64,000 nt of DNA from Antedon mediterranea. Its lineage: Eukaryota > Animalia > Echinodermata. Where the stretch lies: contig NC_092677.1 of assembly GCF_964355755.1 (NCBI RefSeq), positions 23,423,175 to 23,487,174 on the forward strand, given 5' to 3'. The notes under the pieces were generated by a model. The model saw nothing but the letters and a program-made list of their open reading frames with translations. It was not told where the DNA came from and searched no databases. Below, piece by piece: positions 48,201 to 60,563 of the stretch (position 1 is the stretch's first letter; each line of letters starts with the position of its first letter). The translations under genes were made by a program, and so were the position numbers.

Positions 48201-51200
48201 TGTGCAATTCTGACGTCATTCAGAAATAGAAAAGCACAACTTCAGGTGAATACCCATATGTTGACAAAGTTATGAAATGTTAACTTTACACGTTTTTGAG
48301 ATATGCTCTGCACAAAAATGACAGAAAGAAAGAATAATACAGACTAGACATGTAACTCGTCACTTTGACGAGTTTGGTTATCCGCCGCGCAAGTGGTGCA
48401 ACATTAACATTAAGGGGATAGGTTGAGGACAAAAGGAAGTGTTCACGTTGGCATTATGACCTGAACTGAAGAATATGATATGTTTGTTATTGCTGAATTT
48501 TATTATTTAAATTCATATATAGTATACACAGTATAATCTGTATCCATATCACATACAGTGTAGAATAGGTGAAATTACGGGACCCGCTATTTATTGCAAT
48601 TTTTAACATGTTGACGGTTTTAAAATGAAACGCGAAGGTAGCAATTTCGAAAGGAAATTATCTCAGCAACAACGTATTAGCGTGTAGAAGAAATTTGAAT
48701 ACGTGAAATATTGATGCGCGCTCTTTTAAATGTAATGAATTATGACGCAAAAGATGAAAATACGACCTTTTTTATTTAACTGGCCATATAATGACGTCAC
48801 AACATCCGATTGGCAATATTTTTACATAATTTCGTATCTACAATCCAATAGCTTCCAGAAAAAGTTTTAATCGTGATTATCACATTTTATTCTTTCGAGC
48901 TATAACAGATTAAAATTTACTGTAAAGATGAAATTGATGCCACACGTGATTTAAATTTTTAGGCATGATGACGTCAAAAAAATTAAAATATTTTTAACTC
49001 ATGCGAAAGATAGTTGATTGACCTAGACAATATCAAAATCGGGGTGAAAATGGAAATCGGATAAGTGGAGATGCGCTCTATTCAATGTGATGAGCTATGA
49101 CGAATGATACAAAAATCCTAAATTGTATATTCGCGTGGCCATACGATGACGTCACTATGTCCGGTTAGCCATATTAATACCTGATCCGATATCTATAACT
49201 CATCTACTTCTAGAATATGTCATCCACAAAAATTTGACCGTTTAGGTTAGAAATTACGACTGTTTAAAAAAAGGCATATTTTAAACGAATTTTTTAACCT
49301 TTTCATAAAAAACGCGCGCAAATTGTCCAATTCGACGTGCTCGTATGACGTATCTTTAAGTCGAAATTGTTTAAAATTTGGTAAAATTACTAGAAAAGGC
49401 TGGAAAAACATAAAATACCCAAAAAAAATACGTTTTCGATGCTACGTGCGCACCGCACACGTAAAAATGTGCGCACGCGTGGGAATTATTGACATGCTTA
49501 AAACGACATGAAACGCGTAGAAAGTTGATTAAAAATTAATTTTGCGCATTTTGAAATTTTATATGCGCGTGCGCGCGTAACTTTGTGTAAAATACGCAAT
49601 TTTTTTTCAACAGAAAGTTAGCGCATGATATAAATTAAACTTTTGCAAAGTTTCAAGTTGAAATGTTATTTGGTTGTCGAGCTATGTTAAATACGACAAA
49701 ATCGTTAAATCGCGCGCAAGTCACGTTGCGCAATTGTAAACATCATGAAAAGCTTCGCTGCACATCTTCATGTGCACGAGGATATGTTGAGAAAGTTACA
49801 AAATGTTATGTTTGCAAGTTTTCGAGAAAAGCGTTCCACAAAAATCATACAGAAAGAAAGAAGAGAAATAAAAAGTTGATGTTGATGATGATTTCGTACA
49901 ATCACAAGAGGTTATCCTGCAACTTCGTTGCGGATAACCAAAAAAAAAAAAAGATGATGAAACAGGACAGTTACAAGGAGTTATCCGCTGAGTGCGGATA
50001 ACTAATAAAAAGTTGATGATGTTGATGATGATTTCGTACAATCACAAGAGGTTATCCTGCAACTTCGTTGCGGATAACCAAAAATAAAAAGTTGACTAGA
50101 CATGTAACTCGTCACTTTGACGAGTTTGGTTATCCGCCGCGCAAGTGGTGCAACATTAACATTAAGGGGATAGGTTGAGGACAAAAGGAAGTGTTCACGT
50201 TGGCATTATGACCTGAACTGAAGAATATGATATGTTGTTATTGCTGAATTTTATTATTTAAATTCATATATAGTATACACAGTATAATCTGTATCCATAT
50301 CACATACAGTGTAGAATAGGTGAAATTACGGGACCCGCTATTTATTGCAATTTTTAACATGTTGACGGTTTTAAAATGAAACGCGAAGGTAGCAATTCCG
50401 AAAGGAAATTATCTCAGCAACAACGTATTAGCGTGTAGAAGAAATTTGAATACGTGAAATATTGATGCGCGCTCTTTTAAATGTAATGAATTATGACGCA
50501 AAAGATGAAAATACGACCTTTTTTATATAACTGGCCATATGATGACGTCACAACATCCGATTGGCAACATTTTTACATAATTTCGTATCTACAATCCAAT
50601 AGCTTCCAGAAAAAGTTTTAATCGTGATTATCACATTTTATTCTTATGAGCTATAACAGATTAAAATTTACTGTAAAGATGAAATTAATGCCACACGTGA
50701 TTTAAATTTTTAGGCATGATGACGTCAAAAAAATTAAAATATTTTTAACTCCTGCGAAAGATACTTGATTGACCTAGACAATATCAAAATCTGGGTGAAA
50801 ATGGAAAACGGATAAGTGGAGATGCGCTCTATTCAATGTGATGAGCTATGACGAAAGGTACAAAAATCCTAAATTTTATATTCGCGTGGCCATACGATGA
50901 CGTCACAATGTCCGGTTAGCCATATTAATAACTGATCCGATATCTACAACTCATCTACTTCCAGAATATGCCATCCACAAAAAGTTGACCGTCTAGTTTA
51001 GAAATTACGACTGTTTAAAAAAAGGCATATTTTAAACAAATTTTTTAACCTTTTCTTAAAAAACGCGCGCAAATTGTCCAATTCGACGTGCTCGTATGAC
51101 GTATCTTTAAGTCGAAATTGTTTAAACTTTGGTAAAATTACTAGAAAAGGCTGGAAAAATATAAATCACGCGAAAAAAATACGTTTTCAATGCTACGTGC

Positions 51201-54200
51201 GCACCGCACACGTAAAAATGTGCGCACGCGTGGGAATTTTTGACATGCTTAAAACGACATGAATCGCGTAGAAAGTTGATTATAAATTAATTTTGCGCAT
51301 TTTGAAATTTTAAATGCGCGTGCGCGCGTAACTTTGTGTAAAACACGCAATTTTTTTTCAACAGAAAGTTAGCGCATAATATAAATTAAACTTTTGCAAA
51401 GTTTCAAGTTGAAATGTTATTTGGTTGTCGAACTATGTTAAATACGACAAAATCGTTAAATCGCGCGTAAGTCACGTTGCGCAATTGTAAACATCATGAA
51501 AAGCTTCGCTGCACATCTTCATGTGCATGACGATATGTTGAGAAAGTTACAAAATGTTATGTTTGCAAGTTTTAGAGAAAAGCGATCCACAAAAATCATA
51601 CAGAAAGAAAGAAGACAAACTAGACATGTAACTCGTCACTTTGACGAGTTAGTTATCCGCACGACAAACGCCACGTCCACGTCATACGTTAGAATATTGC
51701 ACACAGAAAAAATTATGGCATTATGACCTGATCTGAAGAATATGATATGTTGTTAGTGCTGAATTCTGTCAATTTTGTGTCATATAGTATATACATGCAA
51801 ACAGTATAATCTGTATACATGTTACATACAGTGTAGAATAGGTGAAATTACGGGACCCGCCATTTATTCAAATTTGTAACATGGCGACGGTATCAAGATG
51901 AAACACTAAGATAGCAATTTCGGAAGCAAATTATCTCAGCAACAACATATTAACGTGTAGAAGAAATTTGAATACGTTTAATATTGATGCGCGCTCTTTT
52001 AAATATAATGAACTATGATGCAAAAGATGAAAATACGACTTTTTTTATTTAACTTGCAATATGATGACGTCACAGCATCTGATTGGCAAAATGTTCACAT
52101 GATTTCATATCTACAATCTAAGAGCTTCCAGAAAATGTTTTAATCGTGATTATCACATTTTATTTTGACGGGCTATTACAGATTAAAATTTACTGTAAAG
52201 ATGAAATTAATGACCCACGTAATTAAAATTTTTAGGCATGATGACGTCATAAAAATTAAAATATTTTTATCTCATGCGAAAGATAGTTGATTGACCTAGA
52301 CAATATTAAAATCTCGGAGAAAAAGAAATACGTATAAGCGTGATGCGCTCCATTGAATGTGATGAGCAATAACGAAAGACAAAAAAATTCTATATTTTAC
52401 ATTCGTGTGGCCATATGATGACGTCACAACATCCGTGAGGTAAAAATTCTGCATGAATTCATATCTACAACATATCTGCTTACATATTAAGTTAAAAAAA
52501 TTAGGGGTAATCGTTGATCCTGAGAAGCTATAAAACATTCAAAATAGGCATAATTTTGACAACATTTTGTAACTTTTTCAACTAAAACGCGCGCAAATGG
52601 GCTAAATCAACGTGTTCGTATGACGTAATTTTAATTTGAAATGATGTCAATCTTTTTGAAAATGACTAGGAAAGGCTGGAAAATCACAATTCAAGAGAAA
52701 AAAACATGATTTTCATGCTCTATGCGCACCGTGCGCGTAATATTTTTCGCGCGCGCGGTAATTTTGTACATGCTTAAAATGACATGAAACGCGTAGAAAG
52801 TTGATTAGAAATTATTTTTGCGCATTTTGAAATTTTAAATGCGCGTGCGCGCGTAACTTTGTGTAAAACACGCAATTTTTTTCAAACAGAAAGTTAGCGC
52901 ATGATATAAATTAAACTTTCACAAAGTGTCAATTAAAAATCACTTTTTAGTTATCCGCACTTGGCGGATAACTCCTTGTTATTGTATGGGATCAATATTT
53001 TTTTCTGTATTATTCTTCTTTCTTTCTCGCTATTTTTGTGTAGAGCGTTTCTCTAAAATGTGTAAACATAACATTTTATAACTTTGACAACATGTGGGCA
53101 TTTACGTGAAGTTGTGCACCTCCTATTTTTGAATTACGTCAGAGTTGCGCAACGTGACTTACGCGCGATTTTATGATTTTTTATGATTGATCATAGATTA
53201 AAAACTAAAAGTGATTTTTAATTGACACTTTGTGAAAGTTTAATTTATATCATGCGCTAACTTTCTGTTTGAAAAAAATTGCGTGTTTTACACAAAGTTA
53301 CGCGCGCACGCGCATTTAAAATTTCAAAATGCGCAAAAATAATTTCTAATCAACTTTCTACGCGTTTCATGTCATTTTAAGCATGTACAAAATTACCGCG
53401 CGCGCGAAAAATATTACGCGCACGGTGCGCATAGAGCATGAAAATCATGTTTTTTTCTCTTGAATTGTGATTTTCCAGCCTTTCCTAGTCATTTTCAAAA
53501 AGATTGACATCATTTCAAATTAAAATTACGTCATACGAACACGTTGATTTAGCCCATTTGCGCGCGTTTTAGTTGAAAAAGTTACAAAATGTTGTCAAAA
53601 TTATGCCTATTTTGAATGTTTTATAGCTTCTCAGGATCAACGATTACCCCTAATTTTTTTAACTTAATATGTAAGCAGATATGTTGTAGATATGAATTCA
53701 TGCAGAATTTTTACCTCACGGATGTTGTGACGTCATCATATGGCCACACGAATGTAAAATATAGAATTTTTTTGTCTTTCGTTATTGCTCATCACATTCA
53801 ATGGAGCGCATCACGCTTATACGTATTTCTTTTTCTCCGAGATTTTAATATTGTCTAGGTCAATCAACTATCTTTCGCATGAGATAAAAATATTTTAATT
53901 TTTATGACGTCATCATGCCTAAAAATTTTAATTACGTGGGTCATTAATTTCATCTTTACAGTAAATTTTAATCTGTAATAGCCCGTCAAAATAAAATGTG
54001 ATAATCACGATTAAAACATTTTCTGGAAGCTCTTAGATTGTAGATATGAAATCATGTGAACATTTTGCCAATCAGATGCTGTGACGTCATCATATTGCAA
54101 GTTAAATAAAAAAAGTCGTATTTTCATCTTTTGCATCATAGTTCATTATATTTAAAAGAGCGCGCATCAATATTAAACGTATTCAAATTTCTTCTACACG

Positions 54201-56517
54201 TTAATATGTTGTTGCTGAGATAATTTGCTTCCGAAATTGCTATCTTAGTGTTTCATCTTGATACCGTCGCCATGTTACAAATTTGAATAAATGGCGGGTC
54301 CCGTAATTTCACCTATTCTACACTGTATGTAACATGTATACAGATTATACTGTTTGCATGTATATACTATATGACACAAAATTGACAGAATTCAGCACTA
54401 ACAACATATCATATTCTTCAGATCAGGTCATAATGCCATAATTTTTTCTGTGTGCAATATTCTAACGTATGACGTGGACGTGGCGTTTGTCGTGCGGATA
54501 ACTAACTCGTCAAAGTGACGAGTTACATGTCTAGTAGTTTTTAATCTATGATCAATCATAAAAAATCATAAAATCGCGCGTAAGTCACGTTGCGCAACTC
54601 TGACGTAATTCAAAAATAGGAGGTGCACAACTTCACGTAAATGCCCACATGTTGTCAAAGTTATAAAATGTTATGTTTACACATTTTAGAGAAACGCTCT
54701 ACACAAAAATAGCGAGAAAGAAAGAAGAACTAGACATGAAACTCGTCACTTTGACGAGTTAGTTATCCGCACGACAAACGCCACGCGCACGTCATACGTT
54801 GGAATTTTGCACACGGAAAAAGATTATGACATTATGACCTGAACTGAAGAATATCATATGCTGTTAGTGCTGAATTCTGTCAATTTTGTGTCATATAGTA
54901 TATACAGTGCAAACGGTATAATCTGTATACAGTACATGTTACATACAGTGTAGAATAGGTGAAATTACGGGTCTTCCTGTTTATACTTATTTTTAACACG
55001 GCTTCGGTATCAAAATGAAACACTAAGATAGCAATTTCGGAAGAAAATTATCTCAGCAACAACATATTAACGTGTGGAAGAAATTTGAATACGTAAAATA
55101 TAGATGCGCGCCCTTTTAAATGTGATGAACTATTACGCAAAATATGAAAATACGACTTTTTTTATTCAACTGGCCATATGATGACGTTACAACATCCGAT
55201 TGGCAAAATGTTTACATGAATTCGTATCTACAATCCAATAGCTTCCAGAAAACGTTTTAATCATGATTATCACGTTTTATTCTGACGAGCTATAACAGAT
55301 TGAAATTTACTGTAAAGATGAAAATAAGTGACCCACGTTATTTTCATTTTTAGACATGATGACGTCATAATCATTAAAATATTTTTAACTCATACAAAAG
55401 ATAGTTGATTGACCTAGACAATATCAAAATCGGGGTGAAAATGGAAAACAGATAATTGGAGATGCGCTCTATTAAATGTGATGAGCTATGATGAAAGATA
55501 CAAAAATTCTATTTTTTATATTCGCATGGCCATACGATGACGTCACAATGTCCGGTAAGCCGTATTGATGGATGATACATGATCTACAACTCATCATCTT
55601 CCAAAATACGTAATAAAAATAACTTTTACCGTTTAGTTTAGAAACTACGACTGTTTAAAAAAAGGTATAATTTTGACAAATTTTGACAAATTTTTGAACT
55701 TTTTCATCCAAAACGCACATAAATTATCCAATTCGACGTGCCCGTATGACGTAATTTGAAGTCGAAATTGTTTAAAAGTTGGTAAAATTACTAGAAAAGG
55801 CTGAAAAAACATAAATCACGCAAAAAAATCTGTTTTTAACGGTACGTGTGCTCCGCGCGCGTAAAAATTTGCGCGCGCCTGGGAATTTTTGACATTCTCA
55901 AAATGACATGAAACGCGTAGAAAGTTGATTAGAAATTAATTTTGCGCATTTTGAAATTTTAAATGCGCGTACGCGCGTAACTTTTTGTAAAACACGCATT
56001 TTTTTTTCAAAAAAAAGTTAGCGCATGATATAAATTAAACTTTTGCAAAGTTTCAATTTAAAATGTTATTTGGTTTTTGACCTATGTTCAATATATGAAA
56101 TTCATAAAATCGCGCGTAAGTCATGTTGCGCAACTCTGACATAATTCAAAAATAGGAGGTGCACAACTTCACGTGAATGCCCTCATGCTGACAAAGTTAT
56201 AACATGTTATGTTTACAAGTTTTTGAGATACGTGAGACACAAAAATGGGGGAGAAGGAAAGAAAAAAAAAAAGTAACAGGACAGTTACAAGGAGTTATCC
56301 GCTCAATGCGGATAACTAATAATACAGAAAAAAATATTGATCCCATACAATAACAAGGAGTTATCCGCCAAGTGCGGATAACTAATAAAAAGTTGATGTT
56401 GATGATTTCGTACAATCACAAGAGGTTATCCTGCAACTTCGTTGCGGATAACCAATGATGATGATGATTTCGTACAATCACAAGAGGTTATCCTGCAACT
56501 TCGTTGCGGATAACCAA
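42204..56517. mobile_element. Nested cluster of nine ~1.6-kb non-autonomous Helentron/Helitron-like (HINE/DINE-1-type) elements, subfamilies A and B
   Basis: On the element strand each copy has 5'-TT + subTIR GTTATCCGC + partial inverted repeat + (TTTC)n, and a 3' subTIR GCGGATAAC + stem-loop AACTCGTCA-aag-TGACGAGTT + CTAG. No TSD. Plus-strand left ends are at 42204, 43723, 45295, 46821, 48343, 50095, 51619 and 54729; an inverted copy lies at 52947-54535. Confidence 0.85.
52947..54535 (+). mobile_element. Full-length subfamily-B Helentron-like element, inverted, inserted within its near-identical host
   Basis: Starts ttagttatccgcacttggcggataac and ends gacgagttacatgtctag; reverse complement of 51619-52946 + 54536-54728 + 56320-56385. 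Confidence 0.88.
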
Positions 56518-58868
56518 ATAGTAACTACACTAGTTCAATAACTTATTAAAAGGTAGTTTTCCCTACAAAAACTATTTGAGGTTTTATGCGAGAGGTTACC
56601 CTAAAGGTAGCAAAACAAGACCTTATTGATGAATATTACTAAAGGGCTCAACTTTCATTTATAGTATACTTGTATTGTTATCAAGCATGAAAACATGAGC
56701 TGGTTGACTAAATCCATTCTTGTGGAAAATTGTTTGCAATCACGCACAGATTAGATGACAATGCTTTATTTCTTTAGAGTAAACTAAAGACTGAGTCAGT
56801 ACTATTAAAATATTCACATACTTGTAAATATAAAGAACACTTTGGCTACCAAATCGGAAGTATAAATACCCTATACTACAGGTATTGTCTACATATCTGA
56901 TCCTTTTTAAAAAACATCAACTACTTATTGATGTTGAAGATGAAAGTTTCCTTGTATATAGGCCTATTGTTAAATAATTTATTTTTATCTAACATTTATT
57001 TTACTTACAGTACTCTGGACGCACCTTCATTCAAGAAGTGTGTCACTGTTTTAAAAATGTAGCTTCCAAAAAAATTATTATTAAATTATTATATTTTTAA
57101 TCACACCAGTTAATTGTTGTATTCGATTGAAAACTTTCGTAGTCAACATAAAGATTCGTCGAGTACTTTTTTGTATTTGAATGGCAAATTGCTCAACAGA
57201 AAATCATTCGAATAAAAACGTTAAACAAGGCAAGCTTTTTCATTGAGAACACTCTCAACACTATTGTGTCAAGTAAGTACTCAACGGAAAAACTATACTC
57301 AACGGTAAAATCCCAATTGAATACGACAATTAATAATTTTTTTTTTTAATGTAAATTGTAAATTGTAGCCATAGAGTAATTCATATCTGCCAATGTGCCA
57401 TGTCCTTGTCCTTTTAAGGATGGACATTTAGGCTGTCTAATCAAAAATGTATCTGCAAAAGCTCCAGGTCTGTTAACAATGACAGACACTATCTGTGGAT
57501 GGGCTAAAATAGTACATTTTAATGTATACTCAATATATACACAATACAATACAGTATACAGTACTGTATTGGAATTTCATAATTACAGTCGTGATTGCAA
57601 TGTCAATAATCCTGTTAACAACATACAATATACAGTATATGTATCTTTTAGTTCAAAAGTGTCTTGTATTGTAAAAGTACATGGTGGTACATTTTAGCTA
57701 TTCTACATAGAGATGTTTTTATTATTAAACGGTGCATTTTAATGGCAATATCACTTATCACATTCTCTCCCACTTTACTACACAAAGCTCTGTCTATACA
57801 AACAAGTTTGATTAAAAAAATGTGATGTGCCTAAATATGGTAGTGTCCATATATGAGCATGTCACATTTGATAATGTAGACATTTATAAATTTCACATTA
57901 GGTATACCAGATTCAATAATGTGTAAACTTGTGAAGGAAGTCAAGTGATGGTTTACAATGGTTCACTCACGGTCATATAATAATCGTTATTTTGTGTTGA
58001 AGCTTTTTGAATAAATTGGAGGCGAGTGAGAAGAGACCAACAGGTGAAAAAGTACCTGTACAGTAGAGTGGTCAGAACTCAACAAATTTATAACTTAATT
58101 TTTAATTAACTATTATTTAAAAAAATGAATTACTGTACAAAAGTTAACCAACAACAAAAATTGAACTTTGTATTAATTATTACGAAGTTCAATATACAGT
58201 AGAATGATTTAACTCCACTTTTAAAAATATAAACACTGGAGGCATTTCTTATGTTTTAAGGTAAAGCATTCCACATAGCATTCCACATAAGCACAATACG
58301 TACAAAAGCAATGTAGTTTACTATATCTTAATTAATGAACAGTACCCTATACATTACATGAAAGGAAAACCTGAAAATGACGAATGTAAAGAAATGTCTG
58401 CTAAAGTAATCTAAGGTACTGTACTACTGTATTAATACAAAATGTTTATGAACTAGAAGAGGAAATAAATAAAGAGCTGATGAATTGTTTCCAAATACCA
58501 CTACAATGGTCGCAAACCCCTTGCGTGCAAGGCATACAATACACTTTTACAACAGCTTGCTTTGGATTCAATTTCAAGTGTACTATAGTACATATTGTAT
58601 GAGTGTCAAAGAGCTCCTAGATTTTTAGTATGCACGTATTTCAAAGACTTGACATTGGAATCTAATCCTACCAATACAATTACCTATTATGCAGTGGACA
58701 AACTAATAAATTAATTACTTTAGATATACAATATATACCTATATCAACTTGTAATAATTAATCTGCAGGAAAAACTACAGTAAAAGTAGACCCATAATTT
58801 GTGAGGAAAGTGTAAGAATTTTAGTTGTATATTTATTATGTAATTAAAGGCTATAAAAGATGGTCAAC

Positions 58869-60074
58869 CAGACCTTGATTTAAAAGGAGCGCCATGGCGC
58901 TGACGCTCCTTGGCGCTCCTGAAAACGATCAAAGGAGCGCCTAAAATAGCGCTCCCCAACCTGTTACAGTGCGTCATAAAAATAATAAGAATATTAACCC
59001 CGAATACAACACACAGTCTATATAGTCGCGCAAACGATCTTTGTTATGGCTACCCCCGATAGGCTAGGCGCGCCTACGATCTTTGATGTTGCGAGAAAAA
59101 TATCGTAAACAATTCATTCTAAATATAGGAGTATCAGAACGTTCAATCGGTCGCTCAAAAAGACTGCCGACAGAAGACCGTAATTATACAGACCTAGTTT
59201 TTTTGGTCACATGGCATGAAACGCGATACTCTCTGCTTTACCGCAACATCTCACATGTTTTTTTGGAGGGTGGCTGCCGACGATAAACAGTAATTAAGAT
59301 CGTGTACCTGGATTTTGTGTCACATGACATGAAACATAATACTCTCTGATCTTAACTGCTCACATGTTTTCCCCTCCAAATTCTGGTCGTAATCATTTTA
59401 AAAGGCTTAAGCCTTTATGTTAAATCTTATAGTAATTAATAATAATATGGAATATATATTTATTTTGCATATATTTTGTTGGTGTCCTAGCCTAGGCTAG
59501 GTGTCGTTGTTTTTATAATTCGCTAACCCAAGGTAGGATTAAATAATTTATAGTGTAGGCCGCCGAAACTAGACTAGATAGCCTCGACTCTCTCTGCGTG
59601 AGCTGAGGTCCACGGACCCGATGTCGTCTCGTCGGCGGATTTCCGTCCAAATTAGGATAACCGATGCGTAGGCCTAGCTAGGGTGGCTACAAAAATTGAC
59701 GTCTACTATCTTTAGATATGATTTTAATTAGCAAACAATACATTGTTTGTTTGCATTGTCCATGCTTCTAAAGGCGATGACAATGGTGTTTACTAACCCT
59801 ACGAACCACCCTACGATCGACGCGTAGCGGCGTAGATAATTATCATAACAATACATCGTAGACTACGTTCAGAGAACAATGACCTACGATGAATTTTACG
59901 TGCGAGAGTACCATTTCCGGCCATCTAGAGGTGTCATTTATCAAAATTCGGCTCGCCACAGGCCCAACCATGGTGGGCCTGTGCCTCGGTTACTTAATCA
60001 AAATAATGGCTCTCCTCAACATATTGAGGAGAGCCATTAGGAGCTCTCCTCTTATATTTATAAATCAAGGTCTG
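58869..60074. mobile_element. hAT-like non-autonomous DNA transposon with 6-bp TSD
   Basis: 14-bp TIR CAGACCTTGATTTA; GTCAAC duplicated at 58863-58868 and 60075-60080. Confidence 0.75.
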
Positions 60075-60563
60075 GTCAACTCTCAATATTACTCCAAAAC
60101 AAGATTTGAAGTCTAAAATGTCCCAAATTCTTCTTTTTTATATTATAAACACATATTACAATACTATAATTTCTGGAAAACTAGACTTTAAGCATGCCTA
60201 ATAGTATCCGGTTTTAGGTGAGGCCACTGTCCAGTAGGACTGCAGTAGTATGATAGAGTACAAATCCCCCTTCCCCTTTAGTTAATTCAAAAGAAAGGAA
60301 ACACTGTACTTCTCATAAATCTAAAGGTAACAAAGGGTGTCAGACAGTGACAAAGAATATTGTTATATATGACAAATTTAACTTTAAATCAAAAATAGAG
60401 TATAGGGGATCTTGATTGTTAAAGTGAATGCCACGTTACAATAGTCTGTAGTCTCTGTTCTTAGTAACATTATGGACAATTTTGAATATTAATATACTTC
60501 ATACAATATACTGTAAATATTCTATTTATATCTTGAAAGAATTTCATTTAGCTTCGATTTTGT

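Noticed and set aside
43147-56415. Recurring ORFs in the repeat cluster (e.g. MLFGFRHML..., MSNSTCSYDV...)
   Set aside because: They are short, their stops and frames vary among copies, and they lack Rep/helicase motifs; they recur only because the DNA is repeated.
49911-56517. Stacked GTTATCCGC...GCGGATAAC hairpins as a CRISPR or REP array
   Set aside because: The context is eukaryotic with no cas genes or unique spacers, and the hairpins are fully explained as nested transposon termini.
42204-56517. Simple head-to-tail satellite or segmental tandem duplication
   Set aside because: Most units lack an adjacent closing terminus, and the missing termini appear later in nested order.
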